Source: Thermovirgaceae bacterium (lineage in GTDB: Bacteria; Synergistota; Synergistia; Synergistales; Thermovirgaceae). Taken from it: a DNA stretch of 64,000 nt. A program made the position numbers and the translations under genes. The notes under the pieces were generated by a model that saw only the letters and a program-made list of their open reading frames with translations, was not told where the DNA came from and did not search any database. Positions 30,494 through 39,845 of the stretch are shown piece after piece. Location of the stretch: assembly GCA_049974925.1 (NCBI GenBank), contig JBNGDE010000001.1, positions 3,502 to 67,501 of the forward strand, written 5' to 3'. Within the stretch, counting starts at the first letter, position 1, and each line of letters starts with the position of its first letter.

Positions 30494-30520
30494 GACGGTA
30501 CATGTTCCCCGGCATATAAT
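30492..30520 (+). promoter_or_regulatory. Sigma70 promoter of secA
   Basis: TTGACG-17 nt-TATAAT. Confidence 0.75.
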
Positions 30521-30571
30521 CAAACCTTGAAATCCCTTCAGGCTCCCCCATCCTTGACAGAGGTGAACCCA

Positions 30572-33262
30572 ATGCTTGAAAGCATCAGGAAAAAACTTGG
30601 ATTTGACAAAAACGAGCGCTTGCTCAGGCGGTACAACAAAACCGTCGAAGAGATCAACGCTCTTGAACCGCAAATGCGGAAATACAGCGACGAGGAACTC
30701 GCCGCCCTTGGTAAGTCTTTCCGGGAAAGAGCGATTTCCGGAGAAAGTCTTGACGAACTGCTTCCCGAGGTGTTCGCTGCCGTAAGGGAAGTTTCACGTC
30801 GGACCACGGGCCTTCGGCATTTCGATGTGCAGCTTGCCGGTGGCATCGCACTCCATGAGGGAAAGATCGCAGAGATGAAAACAGGCGAAGGGAAAACCCT
30901 GGTCGCCACACTCGCAGTGGTTCTGAACGCACTGAGCGGCCGGGGAGTGCACCTGGTCACCGTCAACGATTACCTGGCTAAGCGCGATGCCGAATGGATG
31001 GGACCCATTTACAGGTTCCTGGGCCTTTCCGTCGGGGTTATATACGCTTTCATAGACCAGCAAGAACGGATGCAGGCTTACCAGGCGGACGTAACCTATG
31101 GAACCAATACGGAATTCGGTTTCGACTACCTGCGGGACAACATGGCCCTGAGCGCGTCCCAGATAGTGCAGCGGGACCACGCTTACATCATCCTCGATGA
31201 AGTGGATTCCATCCTCATCGACGAGGCAAGGACGCCGCTGATCATTTCAGGGCCTTCGGAGGACAATGTAGAGGTCTACAAGCGAGCAGACGAGGTGGCT
31301 CGAAAACTGAAAAAGGACGTGGATTTCGAACTCGACGAGAAAGAGCGCAACGTGGCATTGACCGAAAAGGGCATCGCCGCTTGCGAAAGGATCCTCGGAG
31401 TACCGCAGCTGTTTACCGAATACCAGCATTCAGAACTGGGACACCGTATTGTCCAGGCCCTCAAGGCTCACCACCTCTTCGAAAGAGACGTCCACTACGT
31501 GATCAAGGACGGGGAGATCGTCATCGTCGATGAATTCACAGGAAGGCTCATGTTCGGCAGACGGTACTCGGACGGGCTTCACCAGGCGATCGAGGCCAAG
31601 GAAAGGGTTAAGGTGGGGCGGGAGAACCAGACCTTGGCGACGATTACCCTGCAGAACTACGTCAGGATGTACGACAAGATCGCAGGAATGACGGGAACCG
31701 CGGCAACAGAAGAAGAGGAATTCAAGGAAATTTACGGCCTTGAGGTCGTGGTGATTCCCACCCATAAGCCAATGATCAGGGAAGACTACGCCGATGTCAT
31801 TTACAGGACCAAAAGGGAAAAATATAACGCCGTTGCGGACGAAGTGGAAGAAACCTACAAGGCGGGACAGCCTGTCCTTATCGGGACCACGTCCATAGAA
31901 AGTTCCGAGCGCCTCAGCAAGATTCTCAAGGCACGGAAAATTCCCCACAACGTGTTGAACGCGAAACATCATGAGAGGGAAGCCCAGATCGTCGCGCAGG
32001 CCGGTCGTCTCCAGGCGGTGACCGTCGCGACAAACATGGCCGGCCGGGGGACGGATATTGTCCTCGGCGGGCATCCCGAATCCCTTGCACGGGAAGAGGC
32101 TGCAAAACATGGTATTGATCCGACCCGAAACCCTGAAGAGTTCAGAAAGATTCTCGACAAAAAGAAGGCAGCCTGCGAGGTAGAACATGAAAAGGTGGTC
32201 GAGCTCGGCGGCCTCAAGATCATCGGTACGGAACGTCATGAATCGCGGCGAATTGACAATCAGCTCCGAGGCCGAAGCGGACGCCAGGGAGATCCAGGTT
32301 GCAGTCGGTTCTACCTTTCCCTTGAGGATGATCTTCTGCGTCTTTTTGGATCGGACAAAATAGAGGGCCTTATGGGCAAGCTCGGGATGGAGGAAGGGGA
32401 ATCCATCGAGCACGGTTTGTTGAGCCGGGCCATAGAGTCGGCCCAGAAACGTGTGGAACAGTATCACTTCGACATCAGGCGGCAGCTTCTTATGTATGAC
32501 AACGTGATGAACCAGCAGCGGGAAGCCGTTTACGAAGAGAGGCGGAAGATTCTGACGGAGGCGGATGTCCTCGAGTATGCCCGGCAGATCGTCGATGACG
32601 CGGTGTCGGGAATCCTCGAAGGGTGCTTCCCTGAAGGAGGGGAGCACCAGATTGAAGCTGCCAGGGTCGCGATAAAAAGCACCTTCCGGCCGGGCGACGA
32701 GAAAGTTCTTGAGGAAGTAGAGTCGCCCGAGGATCTCGAGGCGGCGGCGGAATCCCTCCGCAGGATTCTCAGGGAAAGGCTTGACGCAAAATTCGTTGGA
32801 ATGGGTAACGAAACAGCGAACGCCATGGCCAGGTTTGTCATTCTTCACGTTCTTGACAGCGCCTGGAAAGAACACCTACTTGCTATGGATGAACTCAGGC
32901 GGGGCATTGGACTGCGGGCCATAGGACAGAAGGATCCGCTTCTTGAGTACCAGTTCGAATCCTACAATCTTTTCCAGGAGATGATGAGCAGGGTGAGGCG
33001 GACCGTTGCGGAATACCTGTTTCGGGTATCTGTGGTTGATGAAACGGCAAAGGCCGAGAGGAGCAGGCGACTGGAAAATTCCCGGGAGTTGGCGTCAATT
33101 GATGAAGTTTTGCAAAAGAACGGGGGCGCCGATGCGCCCTCGGCAGCGGCGGGCCGGGGAAAACCGCAACCTGTCAGAAAGGGCAGGAAAATCGGAAGGA
33201 ATGATCCCTGCCCGTGCGGCAGCGGCAAAAAATACAAGCACTGTTGCGGGAAAAACCAATGA
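30572..33262 (+). CDS. secA: Preprotein translocase ATPase SecA
   Basis: MKTGEGKT, DEVDSILIDEARTPLIIS, ATNMAGRGTDI, RSGRQGDPG, SEC-C motif GRNDPCPCGSGKKYKHCC. Confidence 0.99.
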   Translation: MLESIRKKLGFDKNERLLRRYNKTVEEINALEPQMRKYSDEELAALGKSFRERAISGESLDELLPEVFAAVREVSRRTTGLRHFDVQLAGGIALHEGKIAEMKTGEGKTLVATLAVVLNALSGRGVHLVTVNDYLAKRDAEWMGPIYRFLGLSVGVIYAFIDQQERMQAYQADVTYGTNTEFGFDYLRDNMALSASQIVQRDHAYIILDEVDSILIDEARTPLIISGPSEDNVEVYKRADEVARKLKKDVDFELDEKERNVALTEKGIAACERILGVPQLFTEYQHSELGHRIVQALKAHHLFERDVHYVIKDGEIVIVDEFTGRLMFGRRYSDGLHQAIEAKERVKVGRENQTLATITLQNYVRMYDKIAGMTGTAATEEEEFKEIYGLEVVVIPTHKPMIREDYADVIYRTKREKYNAVADEVEETYKAGQPVLIGTTSIESSERLSKILKARKIPHNVLNAKHHEREAQIVAQAGRLQAVTVATNMAGRGTDIVLGGHPESLAREEAAKHGIDPTRNPEEFRKILDKKKAACEVEHEKVVELGGLKIIGTERHESRRIDNQLRGRSGRQGDPGCSRFYLSLEDDLLRLFGSDKIEGLMGKLGMEEGESIEHGLLSRAIESAQKRVEQYHFDIRRQLLMYDNVMNQQREAVYEERRKILTEADVLEYARQIVDDAVSGILEGCFPEGGEHQIEAARVAIKSTFRPGDEKVLEEVESPEDLEAAAESLRRILRERLDAKFVGMGNETANAMARFVILHVLDSAWKEHLLAMDELRRGIGLRAIGQKDPLLEYQFESYNLFQEMMSRVRRTVAEYLFRVSVVDETAKAERSRRLENSRELASIDEVLQKNGGADAPSAAAGRGKPQPVRKGRKIGRNDPCPCGSGKKYKHCCGKNQ

Positions 33263-33291
33263 GACGGGAGCGCAAACGACCCGGGGAAGGA

Positions 33292-35157
33292 ATGGTGACC
33301 GGAGTGAATAGGCGAACCAGAGGTTCAATCCCGGTTTTGCCGCGCTTGTTGGCTGTTTTCTGTTGTTGCCTTTTGACGGCGGGAAGTGCCGGTGCAATGG
33401 ATGTGACCGAAACCCTTCCGGAAGTCCTCAGGGAGGCCCCATCAGCCGACATATACGGTGAGGAAAACGGGGTCGTCCTTTTGCGCGACTTGCGATACCG
33501 GCTTTTGGCAGACGGCGCCATGGAGAAAACGGTCTACCTGATTGTTGAAGAAGTGAGGGATTTGTCAAAGGTCTGGCCGTCGCTACAGCTTACAGCCCCG
33601 ACTGGCGGAACCTTTGAAATCCTGGAAGCGACCCTCTACGACAGGAAGACATCTCGTCCGGTGATGTCCGTTGAACCAGCGGAAACAATGGCGGAAAACG
33701 GCAAGACCATTGAAATAAGGCTTCCGAACAGTCTCGGAGGGCGGATCTTCGTCGCGGGGTACAGGGTCGTTTCACCCACTGGCATGAATATTGAGGACAG
33801 GGTGGATCTGTCGATGACGCTCCCTGTCTGGGAACAAAAAATAGCTGTAGAGGTTCCTGCAGGCGTTTCGCTTGTTTCAGCCGGCGGGGCAGGGGGCAAA
33901 CCTTCCCTGGAAAGTGGAGGGCCGACTGATATCTATACCTGGTCGTTTATTGACGTTCCTCCCAGGAAAACGGAAGGACTTTTCAAGGCGTCCCCGAAGA
34001 CGCTTGTTTTCAGTCTTCAGGAAGGTGCGCGCATTGCCGTCGAGAAGGCCCGGGCCGGGGGATCGGTCCTTTCGGGGGTTCCCGTCCCGAAGAGGATCAG
34101 CGGCTTTCTGGCCGCGGATTCTCCTGAAAAGGCGGGGGAATCTATTCTCGGGCTTTTTCGGGACGACGGGCTGATTTCACCCCTTTTGCCGCCGGATCAC
34201 ATCAGGCAGGCAGGTGACATTCCGGCGGAAGGACCGTGGTCTTTGTGGGAAGGAACCTTTCTTTTGAAGAGCTGGATGGAAAAGGCAGGATGGAACGTAG
34301 ACATCCTGTGGGAACCTGCAGTGGAGTTTGACAAAGACGTTCCCGCCACAAAAAAGCTTTGGGCCCGTCCCGTTTTGTTTCTTTCCTCGCCTTCTGGTCA
34401 AAAGTTTTTCTTCCTTGTCGGTCAGAACCTTCCACCCGGTTCGGTGCCTGCGTCCCTTTGGGGCAAGGTTCTGTACGAAATAGCGGGAGGCCGCCTTGAA
34501 CGTCGAACAGTACCCGTGGGGGAGGCAGAGGATCATCGGCTGTCTGTCAGGTGGACGCTGGAAATGGACGACCGCGGGTATGCCTCGGGGGAATTGCGGC
34601 TCCGGGTTCGGGGCGGATGGCTTCAGGTACTGAGCGGCAGAGAGGTGGCCACACGGAGCTTACTCCCCGGCTTTTTTGAAGAAATCCGGTTCCCGAACAC
34701 CCCTGACATCAGCTGGGGTAAGCCACGCCTCATGGAGAGAGGCACAGGGTTTGACTTGACCGTTCCTTTCAGTACTTTCGTCGGGATCGTCGCCGGCGGT
34801 GACATTCTTGCTAGATGGCCGGTGGCGGTCATGCCATGGCAGCTGGATGTCCTTTCGGAAAACAGCAATGGCATGTCATTGAGGTATCCTTTGGTTTACG
34901 AACAAAATGCGGTCTTTAAACTGCCGGAAGGTTACGATGTGGTGGCCCTTCCGAACCTCCGCTCTTCCCGAAATACAGGTATTGTGCTGACGGAGGGAAT
35001 CAAACACGATAAAAAAGGGCAAGTAGTGGAAGGCGGGTATAAAATTGTGGTAACTTCGGCTGGAACCGGTAAAGACGAGTTTGGGGCCTTCAAGTCGGTT
35101 ACAGGGAGGACATTGGCCTGGACGAATATGACGATCCCGCTCCGGAAGAAACAATGA
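33292..35157 (+). CDS. Exported DUF3857/DUF3858-like protein
   Basis: Signal peptide ending AGA. GVVLLRDLRYRLLADG...TVY is DUF3857-like and FKLPEGYDVVALP is DUF3858-like. Start uncertain. Confidence 0.6.
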   Translation: MVTGVNRRTRGSIPVLPRLLAVFCCCLLTAGSAGAMDVTETLPEVLREAPSADIYGEENGVVLLRDLRYRLLADGAMEKTVYLIVEEVRDLSKVWPSLQLTAPTGGTFEILEATLYDRKTSRPVMSVEPAETMAENGKTIEIRLPNSLGGRIFVAGYRVVSPTGMNIEDRVDLSMTLPVWEQKIAVEVPAGVSLVSAGGAGGKPSLESGGPTDIYTWSFIDVPPRKTEGLFKASPKTLVFSLQEGARIAVEKARAGGSVLSGVPVPKRISGFLAADSPEKAGESILGLFRDDGLISPLLPPDHIRQAGDIPAEGPWSLWEGTFLLKSWMEKAGWNVDILWEPAVEFDKDVPATKKLWARPVLFLSSPSGQKFFFLVGQNLPPGSVPASLWGKVLYEIAGGRLERRTVPVGEAEDHRLSVRWTLEMDDRGYASGELRLRVRGGWLQVLSGREVATRSLLPGFFEEIRFPNTPDISWGKPRLMERGTGFDLTVPFSTFVGIVAGGDILARWPVAVMPWQLDVLSENSNGMSLRYPLVYEQNAVFKLPEGYDVVALPNLRSSRNTGIVLTEGIKHDKKGQVVEGGYKIVVTSAGTGKDEFGAFKSVTGRTLAWTNMTIPLRKKQ

Positions 35158-35181
35158 ACCTGAAATGGGGTTGATACAGCC

Positions 35182-36864
35182 ATGAAAAAAGACGTGTCGG
35201 AAATATTGAGGGAGCTTGTGGCCGAGGCTTTGAGCCGGATTTCAGAAGAGCGGGGAAAGGCGATTGAAGAAGAACCGCTTGTGGAAATCGAACGGCCGAA
35301 ACGTGAGGATCACGGGGACTGGGCGACGAATGCCGCGTTGCAGTGGGCCAAGTTCCTGGAATTGAAGCCCAGGGACCTTGCCGTGGACATCGTGAGCCGC
35401 CTGGAGGAAAGCGAGTATCTCCATGAAGTCAAGATAGCCGGTCCGGGTTTTATAAATTTTGTGCTTTCGAACAAATGGATTTCCGATATGCTTTCGAAAG
35501 TCATCGAAAAAAAGGGCGATTTCGGCCGGGTTGACGTGGGCAGGGGGCGGAAGGTCCAGGTTGAATTTGTGAGCGCCAACCCCACGGGGCCGCTGCATGT
35601 CGGTCATGGCCGTGGAGCCGCCGTGGGTGACATCTGCGCGAATATCCTCTCGTTTGCAGGGTGGAATGTCCAGAGGGAATATTACATCAACGATGCGGGC
35701 CTGCAGATGGAGCTTCTCGGCAAATCGACCCAGGCACGGTATTTCGAGATATGCGGCAAACCGGAGGCGGCCCCTTTTCCCGAGGACGGATACAAGGGGG
35801 CGTATCTGTATGAACTCGCGGAAGCAATACGGGACAATGAAGGGGAAAGGCACATCCAAAACGATCCTGAAAAGAGCCTGCCTTTTTTCACGGAATATGC
35901 AGAAAAATCTATTCTGGAAGGCATCAAGAAAGATCTGGCGGACTTCGGCGTGAAGTTTGACGTCTGGTTTTCGGAAAAGTCGCTTTACGAGGACAATGCA
36001 ATGGAAAGGGCCATCGAGACCCTGAAAAAGAACGGATTTGCCTATGACGCAGAGGGGGCGACATGGTTCAGGGCGACGGCCTTTTCCGATGACAAGGACC
36101 GGGTGCTTGTTCGCAGCAACGGAGTTCCCACATATTTCATGTCCGACGTGGTCTACCACAAGGACAAGTACGACAGGGGGTTCGATCTGGTCATTGATGT
36201 CTGGGGGGCGGACCACCACGGGTATGTCCCGAGAATGAAAGCCGCCGTGCAGGCCCTCGGCCGGAAGCCCGAAGACCTTGAGATCGTGCTTATCCAGTTT
36301 GTCAATCTCTTGCGGGGCGGAGAACAAGTTTCCATGTCGACACGTTCGGGTGAATTCGTCACCCTCCGGGAAGTGGTCGATGAAGTCGGCGTCGACGCGA
36401 CGCGGTACTTTTTCGCCATGAGACGTTCGGACAGCCATCTCGATTTTGACCTGGAGCTGGCCAAGAGCACGTCCACGGAGAACCCCGTTTATTACGTCCA
36501 GTACGCCCACGCACGGATCAACAGCATATTCAGGGAAGCCGAATCAAGGGGCGCACCGCTTTCGAAGAATCCTGAAGCAGTAGATGTCTCGTTACTGAAG
36601 GAGCCGGAGGAACTGGCGCTGATCAGGAAGATTTCGACCTTTCCAGACGAGGTCAGGAAGGCTGCGGAAGAATTTGCACCGCACCGGATCACCTTTTTCC
36701 TTTATGAACTGGCCAGTGCCTTTCACAGTTTCTACAATGCCCACCGTGTCCTCGGAGTAGGGGAGGACCTCGAGGCGGCTCGACTGTGCCTGACGGAGGC
36801 TACGAGGGTTGTCCTGGCGAAAGCGCTGGAGCTTTTGGGGATAACTGCGCCGGAGAGGATGTAG
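35182..36864 (+). CDS. argS: Arginine--tRNA ligase
   Basis: VEFVSANPTGPLHVGHGR, WGADHHGY, MSTRSG, NPVYYVQYAHAR, APERM. Confidence 0.98.
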   Translation: MKKDVSEILRELVAEALSRISEERGKAIEEEPLVEIERPKREDHGDWATNAALQWAKFLELKPRDLAVDIVSRLEESEYLHEVKIAGPGFINFVLSNKWISDMLSKVIEKKGDFGRVDVGRGRKVQVEFVSANPTGPLHVGHGRGAAVGDICANILSFAGWNVQREYYINDAGLQMELLGKSTQARYFEICGKPEAAPFPEDGYKGAYLYELAEAIRDNEGERHIQNDPEKSLPFFTEYAEKSILEGIKKDLADFGVKFDVWFSEKSLYEDNAMERAIETLKKNGFAYDAEGATWFRATAFSDDKDRVLVRSNGVPTYFMSDVVYHKDKYDRGFDLVIDVWGADHHGYVPRMKAAVQALGRKPEDLEIVLIQFVNLLRGGEQVSMSTRSGEFVTLREVVDEVGVDATRYFFAMRRSDSHLDFDLELAKSTSTENPVYYVQYAHARINSIFREAESRGAPLSKNPEAVDVSLLKEPEELALIRKISTFPDEVRKAAEEFAPHRITFFLYELASAFHSFYNAHRVLGVGEDLEAARLCLTEATRVVLAKALELLGITAPERM

Positions 36865-36867
36865 AAA

Positions 36868-37173
36868 ATGCCCAGGTTGCGCTGGGTCGTGCTTTTCGCG
36901 GCGGCTTTGTGCATCCTTTTGATCATTGGAACGGCATATATCATGGAGATCCAGAAGATTCACAGGCTTTCGTCGCTCGTGGACCAGAGGATGGATCGAC
37001 TCGTCGGCATGAGCAGGGAGATTCAGGCGCTGGAAGACAAGATCCGTTTTTACAACACCCCGGAAGGGGTCGCGAGACTGGCGCGGGAGCAGTTCAACCT
37101 GACCCTTCCGGGTGAACAGATCTTCAGGATAGAGGTCATATCGGGCGATCACTTGCCTGACGGTAACCGCTAG
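36868..37173 (+). CDS. Septum formation initiator (FtsB/DivIC family)
   Basis: N-terminal TM helix, coiled coil, ARLAREQFNLTLPGE. Confidence 0.8.
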   Translation: MPRLRWVVLFAAALCILLIIGTAYIMEIQKIHRLSSLVDQRMDRLVGMSREIQALEDKIRFYNTPEGVARLAREQFNLTLPGEQIFRIEVISGDHLPDGNR

Positions 37174-37181
37174 CGTATAAT
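37153..37181 (+). promoter_or_regulatory. Sigma70 promoter of rpsF-ssb-rpsR
   Basis: TTGCCT-17 nt-TATAAT. Confidence 0.7.
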
Positions 37182-37187
37182 ACCCAT

Positions 37188-37253
37188 TCGTATGTCCCTG
37201 TTCCTCCAAAGCACTGTGGAGGGACCAAAAGCCCAAAGGGAGGAGGTGAGATC
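37188..37253 (+). promoter_or_regulatory. Probable S6:S18 ribosomal protein leader
   Basis: Pyrimidine tract TCCCTGTTCCTCC can pair either with GGAGGGAC or with the GGGAGGAGG RBS. Its position 5' of rpsF matches the known leader. Confidence 0.5.
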
Positions 37254-37538
37254 GTGCGGCCCTACGAACTGATGATGATCCTGGAACCTGAACTGGAAGA
37301 GCACCAGGCTCACATAGACGAGGTGCAGGAGGTCGTGCGGAACCTCGGAGGAGAAATCGAGAAGGTTAATGTGTGGGGGAAGCGGCGTTTTGCGTACCCC
37401 ATCCAGAAGCTGACCGAAGGCCATTACTCGGTGTTTTCCTTCAAGATGGAACCGGACAAGGTTTCGGAAGTCGAACGGATTCTGCGGCTCAAGCAGCAGG
37501 TCCTGCGTCATATGGTTACCCTTCTTGATGAAAGCTAG
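37254..37538 (+). CDS. rpsF: 30S ribosomal protein S6
   Basis: MRPYELMMIL, WGKRRFAYPI, VLRHM. Confidence 0.97.
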   Translation: MRPYELMMILEPELEEHQAHIDEVQEVVRNLGGEIEKVNVWGKRRFAYPIQKLTEGHYSVFSFKMEPDKVSEVERILRLKQQVLRHMVTLLDES

Positions 37539-37550
37539 GGAGTGATTTCG

Positions 37551-38054
37551 GTGGCACGTGGTTTCAACAAGGTTATTCTCATGGGAAACCTGGCCAGGGA
37601 TCCCGAAGTCCGGTACACCACGTCCAATAACGCCATTGCCAAACTCACCGTGGCGGTGAACCGGGTCAGCAAGAACCGCAACGGAGAAGTGCAGGAACAG
37701 GTCGATTTCATACCCGTTGTGGTCTTTGGAAATCAGGCCGAAAACTGTGAACGTTATCTGCGCAAGGGAAGTGCCGTCCTCGTTGAGGGGCGCATGCAGG
37801 TACGAAATTATGAGACATCCGGCGGCGAGCGTCGATGGATCACAGAAGTCGTCGCGCAACTGGTGAACTTCGTCGGAACCCGGAGGGACAACGACGATGA
37901 TTCCCTGAACCAGGGGTATCCCCGTGGCGGGGAAGACAGGAAGGAACGCGTCGGAAGCCTTCGTGAGAAAGGGTTTGACGACGAATTCCCCATGGATTTC
38001 TCGGAAGTCGATGCCGACAAGGGTGATGACGACGAGGTGGATATACCTTTTTAG
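37551..38054 (+). CDS. ssb: Single-stranded DNA-binding protein
   Basis: FNKVILMGNLARDPE, YLRKGS, acidic tail ending DIPF. Confidence 0.97.
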   Translation: MARGFNKVILMGNLARDPEVRYTTSNNAIAKLTVAVNRVSKNRNGEVQEQVDFIPVVVFGNQAENCERYLRKGSAVLVEGRMQVRNYETSGGERRWITEVVAQLVNFVGTRRDNDDDSLNQGYPRGGEDRKERVGSLREKGFDDEFPMDFSEVDADKGDDDEVDIPF

Positions 38055-38093
38055 GGACGTGCGGGTTCTGATTCGTGCAAAAGGAGGATGGTT

Positions 38094-38330
38094 ATGGCCT
38101 ATCCGAGAGGCAAAAGGAGAAAAAGACGGCCAAAGGTCTGCTTCTTCTGTATCGACAAGGTCGAAAAGGTCGATTACAAGGAGATCGATAAATTAAAAAA
38201 ATACCTGAGCGACCGCGGGAAGATAATCCCTCGTCGCGTCACGGGAAACTGCGCCAAACACCAGAGGCAGTTGACCCGGGCAATCAAGCGGGCCCGTTTC
38301 ATGGCACTCTTGCCCTATTCGGTCGAATAG
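38094..38330 (+). CDS. rpsR: 30S ribosomal protein S18 (Zn-binding form)
   Basis: CFFC...DYK...[17 protein letters not shown]. Confidence 0.97.
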   Translation: MAYPRGKRRKRRPKVCFFCIDKVEKVDYKEIDKLKKYLSDRGKIIPRRVTGNCAKHQRQLTRAIKRARFMALLPYSVE

Positions 38331-38357
38331 GAGTCCATGGAATTGATGAAGAGCAGC

Positions 38358-38395
38358 CGAAAGGGGAGGAGCCGTGGCTTCTCCCCTTTCGTTGT
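38358..38395 (+). terminator. Terminator after rpsR
   Basis: CGAAAGGGGAGGAGCC...GGCTTCTCCCCTTTCG followed by TTGT. Confidence 0.7.
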
Positions 38396-38439
38396 CATGA
38401 TTATTTGAGGAATACCCGCAGCCCATGAGGGGGGAGAGA

Positions 38440-39390
38440 ATGAACAGAACCCGGGAGGTTGTGGAATCATCACTTCTTGTAGCGCTGGCGGTAGTTCTTT
38501 TTCTCGCCAGTTACGTCTTGCCTGTTGTGGGAATGGCCTTTGCCCTTGTCTGCCCCGCGCCGCTTGTTGTCCTGGGGCTCCGGCACAGTCTCGGGAGGGC
38601 CCTTTTAGGTGTGTTTGTGGCTTCTTTTCTTGTTAGCGTCCTGACCGGGGTTACGGGAGGATTGTTTTTCCTCCTGAGTTTCGGAATGCTCGGAGTGGGG
38701 CTCGGTTTTTTTGCAAGACGGCTGAATTCCTCGGTGGAAATCCTCCTATATGGGGTACTGGTCTCTCTTGCAGGGAAACTGCTCCTTATGGTCCTGATCG
38801 CGAAAATAACCGGCATCAATCCTTTGGGTCTTGATGGCGGTGATGTCAATGCCGTCATGGATAATGTCCTTGCGGTCTACCAGCGCCTGGGGATGTCCAA
38901 AGAGGCTCTTGGTGTTGCGGAGGAACAGATCAGGTCGACGCTGAATCTCCTCCCCTATGTTTTCCCGGCCCTGCTTATCATGGCCTCCGCCCTTGACTCC
39001 TTTCTGAGTTATGTCCTCAGCCGGGCCGTGATGAGACGGATCGGCAAGGGGATGCTGCCTCCCGTCCCCGCGCTTTCCTACTGGCGTTTTCCGAAAAACC
39101 TTTTTTGGGCTCTTTTGGTGGCGGTTCTGTTTTCAATGGCCTCGTCTATCGAAAATATACCGGAAATCATACCAAGGATCGGCATGAATCTGCGCATTCT
39201 CGTGATGATACTGTTTTATCTGCAGGGACTTGCCGTGGCTTGGGCGTACCTCTGTCACAAGGGGGTCGGAAAGGTTCTCCGGTACACCGGTGTCATCCTG
39301 ACACTTTTTGTGCCTTTGCTGACGCAGGTGACACTGCTTTTGGGTATTATTGACATGTGGTTTGATCTGAGATCACGAATGCGGAGGTGA
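38440..39390 (+). CDS. YybS / DUF2232 family membrane protein
   Basis: Multi-TM protein with WRFP, QGLAV and LGIIDMWFDLR. Lies between rpsR and rplI. Confidence 0.85.
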   Translation: MNRTREVVESSLLVALAVVLFLASYVLPVVGMAFALVCPAPLVVLGLRHSLGRALLGVFVASFLVSVLTGVTGGLFFLLSFGMLGVGLGFFARRLNSSVEILLYGVLVSLAGKLLLMVLIAKITGINPLGLDGGDVNAVMDNVLAVYQRLGMSKEALGVAEEQIRSTLNLLPYVFPALLIMASALDSFLSYVLSRAVMRRIGKGMLPPVPALSYWRFPKNLFWALLVAVLFSMASSIENIPEIIPRIGMNLRILVMILFYLQGLAVAWAYLCHKGVGKVLRYTGVILTLFVPLLTQVTLLLGIIDMWFDLRSRMRR

Positions 39391-39397
39391 TCGCCTG

Positions 39398-39844
39398 ATG
39401 AAATGCATTCTGTTGGAAGATGTGCAGAAACTGGGGAAAAAGGGTGAACTCGTCGAAGTTTCAGACGGGTATGGAAGGAATTTCCTGATACCCCGTGGAC
39501 TGGCGGAAGAGGCAACAAAGGGGAGAATTGCCGAGCTCAGGGAAAAGGAACGTTCCAGACAGGTAAAGGCCGAAAAGGCACGTGAACAAGCGGAAGCGTG
39601 GAGAAAGGTCCTTCAAGGGAAGATCGTGAAGGTGACAGCAAGTGCAGGTGAAAAGGGGAAACTGTTCGGGAGAGTTACCACGGCACAGATCGCCGAAGCA
39701 GTTAAAGAGCAGTTCCACATACACGTCAACAAAAAGGACGTAAAAGTGGAGGAACATATCAAGGAGGTCGGCTCATATCCAGTCTCGATCAGGCTTTTCC
39801 CGGGTGTGGAAGCGGAAATGACGGTTACCGTGGAGGCCGGTTAG
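39398..39844 (+). CDS. rplI: 50S ribosomal protein L9
   Basis: ILLEDVQKLGKKG, VSDGYGRNFLIPRGLA, GKLFG. Confidence 0.97.
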   Translation: MKCILLEDVQKLGKKGELVEVSDGYGRNFLIPRGLAEEATKGRIAELREKERSRQVKAEKAREQAEAWRKVLQGKIVKVTASAGEKGKLFGRVTTAQIAEAVKEQFHIHVNKKDVKVEEHIKEVGSYPVSIRLFPGVEAEMTVTVEAG

Positions 39845-39845
39845 A

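Noticed and set aside
31430-32875. Long antisense ORFs (481 aa here; also 27499-28842, 35242-36510, 16540-17604, 49860-50873)
   Set aside because: They lie opposite well-conserved genes, carry no motifs, and are expected shadows of GC-biased codon usage.
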